DNA from: Octopus sinensis
Taxonomy: Eukaryota
Length of the DNA stretch: 64,000 nucleotides
Reading direction: 5' to 3'
Assembly (NCBI RefSeq): GCF_006345805.1
Contig: NC_043000.1
Span: forward strand, 5,394,001-5,458,000
The stretch's first letter is position 1, and each line of letters starts with the position of its first letter. Positions 1-13,940 of the stretch are shown here, in pieces. The position numbers and the translations under genes are program-made. A model generated the notes under the pieces. That model worked only from the letters and a program-made list of their open reading frames with translations. It had not been told where the DNA came from and made no database searches.

Positions 1-284
1 ATGCGTGTGCATGCGTGTGCGTGTGCGACTACCGATATTTATGTGAAATATATATATATATATATATATATACATCTGTAATAATTGAGCAGGTGCAAAG
101 TGCACACTAACATTCCTTCATTATTCGTACGATGCATGCAAATTCATTTATAGAATTATTTATTCATATCCATGTGTATGCATGTATATATTCAAACACC
201 CATGAAGACAGATATACAAACAGATTCCCTTTCCCACTGACAACTATGCAACTTCTGCTGTAGGTGCATACGCACCTTAGTATT

Positions 285-324
<40 letters not shown>

Positions 325-426
325 TATAGATATATATATATATAATTATTATTATATAAATATATAGAATATATATATTATTATTATTATTTTATTATTA
401 TTATTATTTATTATTATTATTATCAT

Positions 427-464
<38 letters not shown>

Positions 465-471
465 CATACAC

Positions 472-510
<39 letters not shown>

Positions 511-1043
511 AATATCGGAGTAAACACATAAATGTAAACAAGGTGCAAAAAAGAGTACTCAAATACCAGTGGTAGAGTAATATGCTTTTTTTAAAGCACC
601 GGAAATTCAACAAAACCTGTTATCTGAGTTTTCCGTTGCCGTTCATCGGACAGTTTTTGCTAGAATGGAACCGATATGTCAATTCTATCCAGACATATAT
701 ATATAATATAAAATTGGACAAGAACGCAAAACATCCAGACAGCTAGGTGATACAAAAAGGGACAACAAAACATCCAGATAGACGATACAAAGAAAAGCAA
801 GACGGGTCATTCGGAGTTTTCTTTCTTCAGTCGAGTTCCAGATTATCTTTGAAATTTCGGCTGCTTATACTCGAGATTGCTCCAATCTGGCCAGTCCCAA
901 GGAAAAAACTAAGCTAGATTCCTTGGAAGAAAGCAGCGACTGTATACGAAACAAGGATGGGGAAAAACGGAGAATGTTACACAAGTACAAATAACAGGAC
1001 ATAACAACAGGTGTTATAAATATATAAATATATATAAATATAC

Positions 1044-1456
<413 letters not shown>

Positions 1457-1465
1457 AAATATATG

Positions 1466-2661
1466 CATGGTGTCCCGAAATTAAGGCAACCGAACTTTCG
1501 GGCTTTTTATAACTATCCATTAATGTGATAAGATATGAAAATTATACATCATTATAAAAGCTTAATGTGTCTTCTTTTTGTTTCAAACTAAATAAATTCA
1601 GATTTATAGATTAGATAATGGCTATAGGTCGAAATGCAATCACAAAACTCCACAAAGGAGGCGAAAGACATACAGCAAAAGTATAAAAAGTTTAAAATTA
1701 ACCGAACAACCGTCCGGAAAATTTTCAAGAAATTTCAAGAGACTGGTTCCACAGCTGATCGAGCTGGACGTGGCCGAAAAAAAATGTGCGGACCCCCCAG
1801 CTTTTCAAATGTACCAGAGAGAAGGGACGTCGAAATCTCGTCGTTCCGTCAGAAAACTGGCTGCCATAGCAAAATTATGTCGAACATCGATGTCTCGGGT
1901 GCTAAAGGATAATCTCAGGATCCATCCCCACAAAATGATCCGCCGTCATGGACTAACACAAGTTTATACGGCCACAAGACTGGATAAAGTCTTCTTATCC
2001 AGAATGACCGACTTTGGAGTGTATCTGGCTCCGTCGAGTATAGACTCGTGAATCGACAAAATCCACAGCCAGTTATGGTTTGGGCGGTTGTGACAGCCAG
2101 TGAAAGGTATCCCCTCGCTTTTGTGCTCCCGGGTGTTAAAATTAACACGCAGCGATATATTAGGAACATTCTGGGATCTGAACTGTTTTCATGGATGAAT
2201 GAGCACTTTCAAGGCGCACCTTGGAGCTTCCAACAGGACTCGACACCATCTCACAGCTCCAAACAGACACAACACTGGATTCAGATAACCGTTCCGTCGT
2301 TCATAGACAAGGATATATGGCCCCCAAGAAACCTCGATTTCAACCCGTTGGATATTTTTGTTTGGTCCATTTTGGAAACGAGTGTCTCGAGCACGCTTTA
2401 TACTTCGCTCGACGCTCTGAAGGCGAAACTACGCCAGGAAGGGGCTCCGATTCTGCAAGAGTAGCTGCGTGCCACTTGTGAAGCATTCGCACCTAGATTT
2501 AAGGCTGTGATTCGAAACAGAGGTGGTCATATCGAATAAATGTGGTAGTGTCATAATTGTGTTTCCATTACCAGTGCATTGAAATGTTGGGACCCGAAAT
2601 ATAACAGTAATTTGCTTTGCAAAATTGAAAAAGTTGGTTGCCTTAATTTTGGGACACCCTC
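1466..2661 (+). mobile_element. Tc1/mariner DNA transposon, maT (DD37D) type, decayed
   Basis: About 30-bp TIRs (catggtgtcccgaaattaaggcaacc / ggttgccttaattttgggacaccctc followed by TA). Frameshifted transposase in ORFs 1634-1912, 1770-2051 and 2048-2464 with PVMVWA, FQQD and WPPRNLDFNPLD; 37 residues counted between the second and third D. Confidence 0.9.
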
Positions 2662-3220
2662 TACATGTGTGTGTGTGTGTGTGTGGTGTGTGTGTGTGGT
2701 TCATATTGCTCCTGTTCACTCAGCTGTAGAAATGACTTGCAATGAAGCTGGTGCCAAGCTGTATCGGCCTTTACTTTTCTCTTGGATAACATCAAAGCCG
2801 TGCAGAGAGGAGGCTGGTACGCATGGGTGTCAGCTGGTCTTCTATGAAGAACCTTTCCAGGACTTGAGCGTGCAATCCCATGGTAATTTATGATCGGAGG
2901 AGGGTATTTACTCTTTGTATATATATATATATGTATACGCACACACATTCATCTGTGTGTGTGTGTGTGGAGACCCATGGCGTCGTGGTTAGGGGTGTTG
3001 CACTCGTGATCGTAAAATTGTGGTTTCGATTCCTGGACCGGGCGACACGTTGTGTTCTTGAGCAAAACACTTCATTTCACGTTACTCTAGTCCACTCAGC
3101 TGGCAATCCTGCGATGGACTAGCGTCCTGTCCAGGGAGTGAATATATATACCATAGAATCAAGGAAAACCGGTCTTAGGATCCTATGCCTCAGGAAGGAT
3201 CCTAGATCCTTATATATGTA

Positions 3221-3437
3221 CGAGGGGGTGCTGATAAGTTCCTGGTTTTGGGTAAAAGAAAACGCAGTGGAACTAGTTAATTATGATTTTATTCAGCATA
3301 TTCTCATATCAGATTGACACACCTATAGTAGTGGTCCCTCATTTTTTAATGCCCTGTAAAAGACCTCGGAAGTTTGGACCTCAAGCCAGGCCTTTCACGA
3401 TACCCTTAAAGACAGGAATTGTTCAGCACCCATCCCC
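3221..3437 (-). mobile_element. mariner-derived MITE
   Basis: TA-cgagggggtgctgataagttcctgg TIR. Interior matches the 3' end of the mariner at 37635-38470 and the MITE at 52040-52239. Confidence 0.75.
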
Positions 3438-4054
3438 TATGTATATAAATGTAGTTACGTAAATGCTTATATGTATGATAGATTTCGGTACGGCACAGAT
3501 ACAGTACGAAAGGAAGCAAAAGCAAAATTATAAAATGAAGTATATTTGCGTATATCAAAAACCTATTAATGGTTTTCAGTTCTGAATTAATATATAAATG
3601 ACTATATAGTTTCAACAATTCTTCGACACATGACAGAACGTGAGTTTGTTTAACTAACACCCTGAAATGAGAAGACAAATAGAAAAAAAATACTTAAGAC
3701 GCTGACTAATTAACAGGCTGTCAAATTAAACTTGATATGCAAAAGACAGTAGTTTAATCTGGGTTACAGGAAGCGCACAGATGCGAAGCAATCTTCTTAA
3801 CCAAAACCAAAAACTAAATTGTAAAAACCAGTTTACTGAAGATGTTCACCTGTGTTGTTTTTTCTTTCTTTTCTTTTTCCTCTTTGTTTTTGTTGTTGCA
3901 AAGACGAGGATGTATAGTAAGAAGTTTGCTTCCCAACCACAAGGCTCCGGTTTCAGTTCCACTGCATGACACCTTAGGCAAGTGTCTTCTACTATAGCCT
4001 CGGTTTTCTACAATAACCTTGTGAGAGGATTTTTTGGTGGACGGAAACGCACCG

Positions 4055-4082
<28 letters not shown>

Positions 4083-4085
<3 letters not shown>

Positions 4086-4141
4086 ACTGTCCACAAACAA
4101 AATAAATATATACATATATTGTATGTATCTATGTATATATA

Positions 4142-4198
<57 letters not shown>

Positions 4199-4253
4199 AT
4201 ATACATAGATACTACAATATATGTATATATTTATTTTGTTTGTGGACAGTCAA
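4083..4253. repeat. Inverted repeat (about 52-bp arms) enclosing (TA)n
   Basis: ttgactgtccacaaacaaaataaatatatacatatattg... / ...caatatatgtatatatttattttgtttgtggacagtcaa. Confidence 0.9.
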
Positions 4254-4272
4254 CATGCTAGATATATATATG

Positions 4273-4304
<32 letters not shown>

Positions 4305-4318
4305 TATAGATATATATA

Positions 4319-4350
<32 letters not shown>

Positions 4351-4425
4351 ATTAAGGGAGAAATTGATATTTATCAATTAAGACCATGGTCTAGCATAAT
4401 AAAAAGAATCCGAAAATTAAATATT

Positions 4426-4622
4426 TATATATACCAATTAAGAACTGAACACGAAAAGTGGACAGTCAACATGCTAGATATAGACGTCAAATCGCCTTTC
4501 TCCACAAAGATTATGTTCTCAGATCTGAGAACATAATCTTTTGTGGAGAATGGCGATTTGACGTCTATATCTAGCATGTTGACTGTCCACCTTTCGTGTT
4601 CAGTCCTTAATTGGTATATATA
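4426..4622. repeat. Spacerless near-perfect palindrome (about 98-bp arms)
   Basis: Centred on ctcaga|tctgag at 4523/4524; shares gtggacagtcaacatgctagatata with the neighbouring repeat. Confidence 0.9.
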
Positions 4623-4920
4623 TACATGCATATATACATGCATGCACACATACATATCAACGAAAGCAGCCAGTAAGATCCATGGAAGCAGACTCTGAAA
4701 GAGTATGAAGATCCAATGGTAATCCGGGTGGAGTGCTGGTTAAGTGGATGAAGAGAGGTACCGGAAATTCGGAAAGTACTTAAGATGATAGTCCAAGTGA
4801 GTAGAAAGTTAAGTCAGGCAGAACCAAACCGGGGTGACCACGTGAACGTATGTAAAATATAGTTCAAATTTGCAGAAAACAAAAGACAAAGACAGGTGTA
4901 CGATTAACAAGCTGTTGTAT

Positions 4921-5193
4921 TAGTTTTACGCTCGGGAAGAATAGAAAAGTTTTTTACGTTTCGAGCATATGCTCCTCAACAGAAAGGATTAAGAGGTAAA
5001 AAAAAAAAAAACGGAGAGAGAATGAAAAAAAGACGAGAGAGTAAAAATATGTAGAGATTAACGGTTCAGCATGATGTAATCGCCTTTCATCATGCTGAAT
5101 TGTTAATCTCTTTCATTCTGTTTTTTTTTCCCTCTTAATCTTTTCTGAATAGGCTCGAAACGTAAAAGAATTTTCCATTCTTCCCGAGCGTTA

Positions 5194-5198
<5 letters not shown>
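4921..5198. mobile_element. Fold-back PLE-type terminal-repeat remnant with degenerate hammerheads on both strands
   Basis: Inverted arms share ...gctcgaaacgtaaaa..ttttc.attcttcccgagcgt(t/a)aaacta; homologous to copies at 35215-35280 (-), 44368-44455 (+) and 11460-11655 (+). Confidence 0.65.
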
Positions 5199-5240
<42 letters not shown>

Positions 5241-5275
5241 ATATATAATATATAATATATATTATATACATAATA

Positions 5276-6900
5276 CAGTTGCGGCCGAAATGTTCAGGTT
5301 GCATTGTTTTCGTCAGAAAAGTAAGTATAAGTTTTTATCAAAGTAGTTTTATATTCTATAAGTTTCACAAACAATAAATACAATATTAATTGTTATTGTC
5401 TGAGATTTTGATGTAATTTGAGAGGATAATACAAAAGTTATGGATGATTTAGTGATTTACTGCAAAACCCATGGCGGCCAAAATGATCAGAACGGTTGAA
5501 AAATAACAAAATAATAAAAAATGACAGAGAATACTGGAATTATTTAATATTTAGTGTGAAGCCCTTTAGCTTCAATCACACTTTGACATCTTCGACTGCA
5601 TGAGGAAATTAAATTTTCAATTTCTTGCTGGGTGATCTTATTCCATTCTTCGAGAGGACATTCCATAATTGCTCAGTTGTTTTTAGGATTTCTGGCTTTC
5701 GAACGTTCTCCTAGAATATTCCATACATTTTCAATAGGATTGAGATCTGGGCTTTGAGCAGGCCAATCCATAACAATAACCTTTTCAGCCTTAAGAAGTT
5801 CATGATCACCTTAGCCTTGGTGACATGGGGCATTGTCCTGCATGAATATGGGTGGTCGCTTAGTTGAATTTCTCAGCACAGGCAAGACTTGATCTTTTAC
5901 AAGTTGTTTATAAACTCCTGCATTTAACTTTCCATGTAATCGCACCAAAGGGCCCACACCATCTCCAGATATCATCCCCCAAACCATGACACTTCCTCCA
6001 CCGAATTAACACTAGTCTTAAGGCATTTAGCGACAATTTTTCACCTACTTTTCTACGAACGTACCTTTTCCTATCTGAGCCAAATAACATAAACTTAGAT
6101 TCATCACTGAAATGCACCGTTTGCCATTTTTCTTGAGACCACAACACATGTTTGGTTGCAAAGGTAAGACGACACTTTTTATTCTTGGAGCTGATTAGTG
6201 GCTTCACTGCAGGTGCTCTTGCTTGTAGGTCATGTTCAACTAAACGACGAGACACAGTTTTTCGAGATAAAGTTTTCTTCAATACAATGCTCATTTTCCG
6301 AGAAACAGCAGCAGCAGTTTTAAATCTGTCCTTTTTAACCAACTTTACCATAGCACGATCTTCTCTCTTGATCGTTTTTCTTGGCCTACCTGTAAACTTT
6401 CTTGCTTCACACGAACCACAATCATCGTAGACCTTGAGAATACCGTGTACAACACTTTTTGACTTGTTAACAATCTTTGCAATAGATCCAATACTTAAAT
6501 TATACTCCCTTCGAAGCTTAATAATCTGCTGACGAATTGGTAACGGAGTAAGTAGCATTATATTAACAAACTACACTGCAAATATTCTTACTAATGTTTA
6601 GTAAACGAACAGTCACGTAAACAAATTCAAAACATTCGAGTTCGCCGGTTAAATATACTAAAACACGGAGTAAAAGCAACCGTTCTGATCATTTTGGCCG
6701 CCATGGGTTTTGCAGTAAATCACTAAATCATCCATAACTTTTGTATTATCCTCTCAAATTACACCAAAATCTCAGGCAATAACAAATAATATCGTATTTA
6801 TTGTCTGTGAAAATGATAGAATATAAAACAACTTTGATAAAAAATTATATCAACTTTTCTGACGAAAACAATGCCGTTCTGAACATTTTGGCCGCCACTG
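5276..6900 (-). mobile_element. Tc1-family (DD34E) transposon with long IR/DR terminal repeats
   Basis: TIRs of about 223 bp (5276-5498, 6677-6900), each with outer and inner ggcggccaaaatg(t/a)tcag repeats, flanked by TA. Transposase 6558-5544 with HFSDESKF, MQDNAPCH and WPAQSPDLNPIE (34 residues D to E), interrupted by frameshifts. Confidence 0.95.
5544..6558 (-). pseudogene. Tc1 transposase, frameshifted
   Basis: ORF 5908-6558 gives the HTH region and first D. The remainder (GGGSVMVWG...QDNAP...SPDLNPIENVW...KGLHTKY*) lies in shifted frames. Confidence 0.9.
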
Positions 6901-7004
<104 letters not shown>

Positions 7005-7162
7005 CATATGCATGCATGCATAATACATACATACATACCTACATACATACATACATACATACTACATACATACATACATACATACATACATACATACATA
7101 CATACATACGCACATACATACATACATACGCACATACATACATACATACATACGCACATACA

Positions 7163-7196
<34 letters not shown>

Positions 7197-8002
7197 CATA
7201 CATACATATGTGTGTCTTTGTATCAGTGTTCGACCCCCCACCACTGCTTGACAACCGGTATTGGTATGTGTACGCCCCCGTAACTTAGCTGTTCGCCAAA
7301 AGTGACTGATAGAATAAGTAGCAGGCTTAAAAGAGAAATAAGCACTAGGATCGATTCGTTCGACTAAAGTTCCTCAAGGCGTTTAAGGATAAAAGTATTC
7401 TTAAACTGAGAGATAAAGCCTCTTTAGAATTTAAACCGAAACCCGCAGGTAGTAGTAGAAGGAATTATAATTAATCAACACGTCCACTACGTATGCGCAT
7501 GTGTATGAGAGAGAGAGAGATGGGAGAGAGATGGGAGAGAGAGCGAGGTGCACGTGTGTATGTATGTGTGTGGTTTTATGTATATATATATATATATGTG
7601 TGTGTGTGGTGTGTGTGTGTGTGCAACTGTGTATGTATGTGTGTGCCTGTGTGTATATGTACTCCTTACCCTTTTACTCGTTTCAGTCATGTGACTGTGG
7701 CCATACTGGAGCATCGCCTTTAGTCGAGCAGATCGACCCGAGTTTTCTTTGTGTTTGTACTCCACCTCTTTACAACAGGTATCGGTTTGTTCATGCACCT
7801 GTAACCTAGTGGTTCAGCGAAATATTCCGACAAAATAAGTATCAAACTTCCAACAAAAAATACGTATCGGAGCCGATTTGTTCGACCACCCTTATGCAGC
7901 GGTGTTCCCAAATTGTTGCAATCCATTGGCTGTAATCAAGTAAAAGAAGAAAAGAGTGAATAAAGATAGTATTAGTTCTCATATGCAAGCAAAGGTCATA
8001 TA

Positions 8003-8320
8003 ACGATAAACGTCGCCATTTTCAAGCCTAGCCAGGCTCATGGGCCCGGTTTCCTGGTTTCTGTGGCGTATGTGTCTCCCCCACCCAGCTGGACGGGACG
8101 CCAGTCCATCGCAGCGTTACTCAAGAAACAGGAAGAAAGAGTGAGAGAAAGTTGTGGTGAAAGAGTACAACAGGAATCGCCACCACCCCCTACCGGAGCC
8201 TCGTGGAGCTTTTAGGTGTTTTCGCTCAATAAACACACACAATGCCCGGTCTGGGAATCGAAACCGTGATCCTCCGACCGCGAGTCCGCTACTCTAACCA
8301 CTGGGCCATTGCGACTCCAC
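8003..8320 (-). mobile_element. Chimeric SINE (family C head plus family D tail) with 12-bp TSD
   Basis: TSD aaaggtcatata at 7991-8002 and 8321-8332. Confidence 0.9.
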
Positions 8321-8479
8321 AAAGGTCATATACACGCAGAAAAATAGATTGGAAAACGAAATATTGCGGCCAATTAAATGTTTGGAGTTTCAGAAAACGC
8401 GAATTAAAATCGCCATTTTGGATGAGTCAATGTGGAAACTTACTAACATAACTGATTTATGTAAGAGAAACTAAGCGGT

Positions 8480-8556
8480 CTATCGTTCTCTCCCTCTTTC
8501 CCTCTCTGTCTCTCTGCCTCTCCATTTTCCCCTCCCTCTCTATCTCCTCTTTCCGA

Positions 8557-8604
<48 letters not shown>

Positions 8605-9050
8605 ATTTGGTCTTTCTTTCTCTCATTTGCTCCTCTTTCCTCCTTCTCACTCTTTTTTCTCTCCGCACTTGTTTATTTTCTTTCTCTCTTTCTCTCTCTT
8701 GCTCCTCTCTTCTCCTTCTCACTCTTTCTGTCTCTCCGCTCTTGTTCATTTTCTCCTCTTTTTCTCTCACTCTTTCTCTCTCTTTTCTCTCTCTCTCTCA
8801 CTTTCTGCTCTCCTTTTCCCTTTTAAACTCTCTCTTCTCTTTCTGTGTGTCTCTCTCTTCCTCCTCCTCTCTCTCACCTTTGCACTCTCAATTTCCTATT
8901 ACATTCCCGTCTTTCCCTCCCCCTATTTCTCATTCTCTGACTCTTCTCCTCTCCCTCTCTCTCTCAGACTCCTTCTGCCCCTCTCTCAATTTCATATTCC
9001 CTTGTCTTCCCTCTCCCCCAGCCTGTGCTCTCCTCTCTAATCTAACTTCA
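8480..9050. repeat. About 570-bp polypyrimidine (CT-rich) tract
   Basis: Almost exclusively C/T on the plus strand. Confidence 0.9.
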
Positions 9051-11086
9051 CGGTCCTCGCCGTATCCATAGAACTGTCATTTTTCTCTTCTGTTTGCCGG
9101 AGTCCCTGGACTTGTTCATGGTGTCATGCAGCGAAACTGAACCCGGAACCGTGTGGCTGAGAAACAAACTCTATATCATCCAGCCACGCCTGCGCCTATA
9201 GACAACAGTATTACTGGTACTCGTTTAATTGATTATAAATTGAAAAGGAAATCCGATGTATAAGCATAAAATTAAATGACGCAATTAACCAAGTGCGTCG
9301 TTAAATTACGTCGGCGAACTCTGCTGAACTTTCTCATCTGAAAAACAAGCAGCGAATAAACAAAGAATTTTATATGAAAAAAGATAAGGCAAAAAGAAAT
9401 ATAAATAACAAAACAAAAAAACAGACGAAATCGAAAACAGAAATCTTCGTTTCTCTGTCACGTGTCTTGTTTGCAATATCTTTCAACACATGGTGATGAG
9501 GTTCTTGGAAAGATAGTATCACGTGACATATGATAGATCTAAACTGATGGCGGTTGAATATTTATCTATTTTTATCGTTCAATCACATCTCGCTGTTTAC
9601 ATAATCTTCCTCAACTGATCTTAATGAAATATTAATTGGCGATGGGATCTCAAACGTCATCGACCTCGTTTGCCTTTAATTACAGAAATCTTAGATATCT
9701 TCTCACGTGAAATCTTTCTGCATAAGATGGTGTGTCTTGTTAATGGTTTAATGTCTACTGGTGTAAAAAAAAAAGAAACAAATAACAAAAACAACAACAA
9801 CAAATAGGCTCTCATGCAACTCTGCACATGTATAATTAGTAGCCATCTTAGACTTTTTTCCCTTTTTTCCGTTTCTTTTTTCCCCAACTACAAGCAACAA
9901 TACAAACCACGAAGTCCGGGTGTTTGCACGTATGTGAATGGATACTTATGTAAACATATTTTCATACAAACATACACGCACACACACACAGTCGGGTAAG
10001 CACATAAATGCAAAACAAGGCGGGAAAATATAGTACTCGAATACCGAAGGTAGAGTAGTATGCTTATTTATTAAAGTTGCAGAAACATAACAAAGCTATT
10101 ACTCAGAGTTTCACGTCGGACAGTTGTGATCGAACGGGAACGGGAAACTCTGAGTAACAGTTTCGTGATGTTTTTGCAGCTTTAATAAAACGTGTATATA
10201 TATATATATCAAGAAGACAGAAAATGAAGAAATATCGATAAACAACAATTGACTTACATCAATTATTATTTATTAATTCAATACAAATAGACTGCATCCC
10301 ATCTAACAGCTGTTTCTGCCGTTGATATGCTAAAATATTTATCATATTTGCTAAAATGTTTTAGCATATCAACGGCAATACCATACAACATTGGAGGCAG
10401 AAATAGCAATTAGATGGGATGCAGTATATTTGTATTGAATTAATAAATAATAATTAATGCAAGTCATTTGCTTTCCATTCATATTTTTCCATTTTCTGTC
10501 CTCTTTAAATTTGGATTCTTAATAAACTCATGTTTATCCTTGTTTTTACCTATATTTTACGAGCATAATACACTTGCATTTGTATGCCCATACATATATA
10601 GTTCATTGATGAGAATCAGATATTTTCTATATACAATACACTTAGTAGTGCTCAAGAGGTTTAAACTTGAGCGGGCAGTGCAGTAACTAGTTAGGCAGGA
10701 CACTATACAAAGCGTATTAAATATATGAAATACAAAACGTAAGAACACTCCCCTGCAGGCGGAGGCTCGTCTCATGCGACGATGAAATCAATCTACAAAG
10801 ATTATTTCGGAATACTGGGCCCCCAGAAACAGCTGTTGGATTTGTAATACTTTTCTTCAACCCATTTAATTCTTGATATGATTTCTATTCTGTGTAAGTC
10901 GAATCTTTTTGTATGTACACATATATACAATTTCCCTATTTCACGTATTTAGCATACTCTGTACATTGACCTGCCTAACTCGTTTATCTTTGCATTTACT
11001 TCTATACATATGCGTTTGTGTGTGTGTGTGTGTACGCGCACGCGTGTGTGTGTCTATGTATATATATATATATTTACACATTCTGA

Positions 11087-11318
11087 AAGGCGGCGAGCTG
11101 GCAGAAACGTTAGCACGCCGGGCGAGATGCGTAGCCGTATTTCGTCTGTCGTTACGTTCCGAGTTCAAATTCCGCCGAGGTCGACTTTGCCTTTCATCTT
11201 TTCGGGGTCGATAAATTAAGTACCAGTTACGCACTGGGGTCGATGTAATCGACTTAATCCGTTTGCCTGTCCTTCTTTGTCCCCTCTGCGTTTAGCCCCT
11301 TGTGGGTAGTAAAGAAAT
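11087..11318 (+). mobile_element. SINE family B
   Basis: aaggcggcgagctggcagaa head, gagttcaaattcc B box, gtcgactttgcctttcatc..tcggggtcgataaa central domain. Other copies at 38677-38850 (+), 28690-28900 (-) and 54426-54870. Confidence 0.85.
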
Positions 11319-11521
11319 ATATATATATTTACACATACATATATATGTATATTTGTATTTGTGTGTTTGTGTGTGTATGTGTGTGTGAGTGTATATACAC
11401 ATACATATATAATATATATATATATGTGTGTGTGTTGATGTATATGTCAAAATGTGACCGCGTGTGTACCGTTGGCGATTTTTTCCTCCGTCTTCACTTC
11501 TTCGGATCTTTCCTTTTCCTA

Positions 11522-11594
11522 TGTTTCTGACGAAGAGCTCCGCTCGAAACGTTAAACCCTCCTTCTTTCCTTCTTTCCTGAGCGTCCAAAAACA
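11522..11594 (+). ncRNA. Type I hammerhead ribozyme motif
   Basis: CUGACGA-a-GAGC(ucc)GCUC-GAAA, stem III ACGUU/AGCGU, GUC cleavage triplet ending at 11586; stem I imperfect. Confidence 0.65.
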
Positions 11595-11652
11595 CTATAC
11601 TCGTTCCACGTCCTCGCGTTGTTGTGTTTTCTCTTTGTGTTCTCATGTTTGG

Positions 11653-11686
<34 letters not shown>

Positions 11687-11693
<7 letters not shown>

Positions 11694-11975
11694 ATCACGT
11701 GACCGACCAGACCATCAGATGTTGCGACACATCGCTGGTCACAATGCGTTCGCATTGTTTTAGCCATCGAACGACGCCACCCCGCTAGCTAAGCGAGCAG
11801 GCCTACAGAAGAAAGAGTGGGAGAAAGAGTCGTGAAAGAGTACAGCAGGGATCACCACACCCTGCCGGAGCCTCGTGGAGCGTTTATGTGTTTTCGCTCA
11901 ATAAACACACACACCACCCGGTCTGGGAATCGAAACCGCGAGTCCGCTGCCCTAACCACTGGGCCAATGCGCCTC

Positions 11976-11978
<3 letters not shown>
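11687..11978 (-). mobile_element. SINE with family C head and an RTE-derived tail
   Basis: Tail tgtgaccagcg.tgt...ctga.gg.ctggtcggtca.gtga matches the RTE 3' end at 46644-46695. Confidence 0.85.
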
Positions 11979-12024
<46 letters not shown>

Positions 12025-12914
12025 TGTGTGTGTATATATATATATGTGTGTGTGTAGATATATATATATATGTGTGATATTATTATATATATATATATAT
12101 ATATTCTATCTATATATATATGTAATAAAATGAACATATGCTAATATAAACATATATGTACGTACCTACCTCTAATGTACATATACACGCTATATGGTAA
12201 CAGGACCCCAAAAGAGTCGAACACATAGAGAGACAAAAAACATAGACCACAAACCAAGGAACAAGACAAGCAAAAAAAGAGAGATACAACAATAAGCACA
12301 ACGAAAAATCCCTTCTTCAGTCGTTAAGGTTTCATCTACTCTAATTTTCGAAGGATAAAGCGAGACGTATATTCGAAGGAAATTCCTTCCTGTGAAGCAA
12401 AAAATTAAAAAGATCTTTTCGCAAGGGGATAAAAAAAGCAAGACGGTAACGACAGTACAACATATAAACAGTAAAAAAATATATATAAACAGTGGGAAAA
12501 TAAAAATAAACAGTGAGAGACAGGACAAGGAGAACAAGATAAGAAGGGCTGTTAACGCCAGACGAAAAAGTATTGGCAACGCTGGATTAAAGTGGACGAC
12601 GAGAGAGAAAAAAAATTGTCGACCAGTAGCCTTAGAAGGCGGGCGAGAAAAGACAGATAGCAGTTACGACGGAAGTATCGTCGCAGATGGACGACGGGAA
12701 TGGGGGAGGAGGAGCAAGAGGAAGAGAGAGAAGAAGGGGAATGGTGCGAGGAGACCATGAAGAATGGTGAAAGGGAGAGAGAGAATGAAGAATGAGAGAG
12801 AGAGGAAGAGACAAGTTTATATTATATATATATATATATTATCCGGAGTGTACATCATCATATACCCATCACGGCCGATCATACCAGTCGGTTTCATGCT
12901 AGTGTTACAGCGGA

Positions 12915-12988
<74 letters not shown>

Positions 12989-13534
12989 CGCTAAGATTTT
13001 GCTCGGTGTGCTTACGATTCTGAGCCATAGTAGAGAATAGAATAGATGCGAAAATTTTGAGAACGACATTTCCAAAGATATTTTAACTGTGAGTTTCAAA
13101 TGTAGAAATTTCCTGATAATTAACTTTATGCATTTTATCGATATTTGACTGATGAAGCTGTAACTGGTATCAACAAGGTCTGAGAAGAAAGACGCGTGCT
13201 TTCAGATTTTTACCGACAACTATTGATGTGAAAAAAGGTGGAGAGTAAAGCCTTCATGTCTGTTGTCCGCCGACCCACAACCTTTCAAGATCATTAACTT
13301 CGATTAATATTGATCAATTTTTTTATAACGCTACATGGTCAATTATTGCATAAGAAGACGAGTAGAACCGATTGGATCGATTCTGGCATATTGACTTCTT
13401 AGTCTCAAGTTTGTAGCGTGGCGTAAGTTGTTCGCTTTCTGGTGAAACTGAGTCCGTGATCAAGGTTTGATTCCCTGTATAAGTAGTTTATACTGGAAGC
13501 GAATGGACATTAGACGAAATAAATTAAATAACCA

Positions 13535-13940
13535 GGCGCAGGAGTGGCTGTGTGGTAAGTAGCTTGCTTACCAACCACATGGTTCAGGGTTCAGTCCCAC
13601 TGCGTGGCACCTTGGGCATGTGTCTTCTACCACAGCCTCGGGTCGACCAAAGCCTTGTGAGTGGATTTGGTAGACGGAAACTGAAAGAAGCTCGTCGTAT
13701 ATATATATATGTATGTGTTTGTGTGTGTTTGTGTGTCTGTGTTTGTCCCCCTAGCATTGCTTGACGACCGATGCTGGTGTGTTTATGTCCCCGTCACCTA
13801 GCGGTTCGGCAAAAGAGACCGATAGAATAAGTACTGGGCTTACAAAGAATAAGTCCCGGGGTCGAGTTGCTCGACTAAAGGCGGTGCTCCAGCATGGCCA
13901 CAGTCAAATGACTGAAACAAGTAAAAGAGAAAGAAAGAGA
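13535..13940 (+). mobile_element. tRNA-derived SINE family A (octopus OR-like), full-length representative
   Basis: A/B-box head, CORE-like ccttgggca.gtgtcttcta, internal (TA)/(TG)n, tail ggcggtgctccagcatggcc.cagtcaaatgactgaaacaagtaaaaga. Many more copies: 13980-14380, 14625-14990, 15563-15785, 23020-23390, 31080-31445, 55870-56760 (cluster), 59775-60120. Confidence 0.9.
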
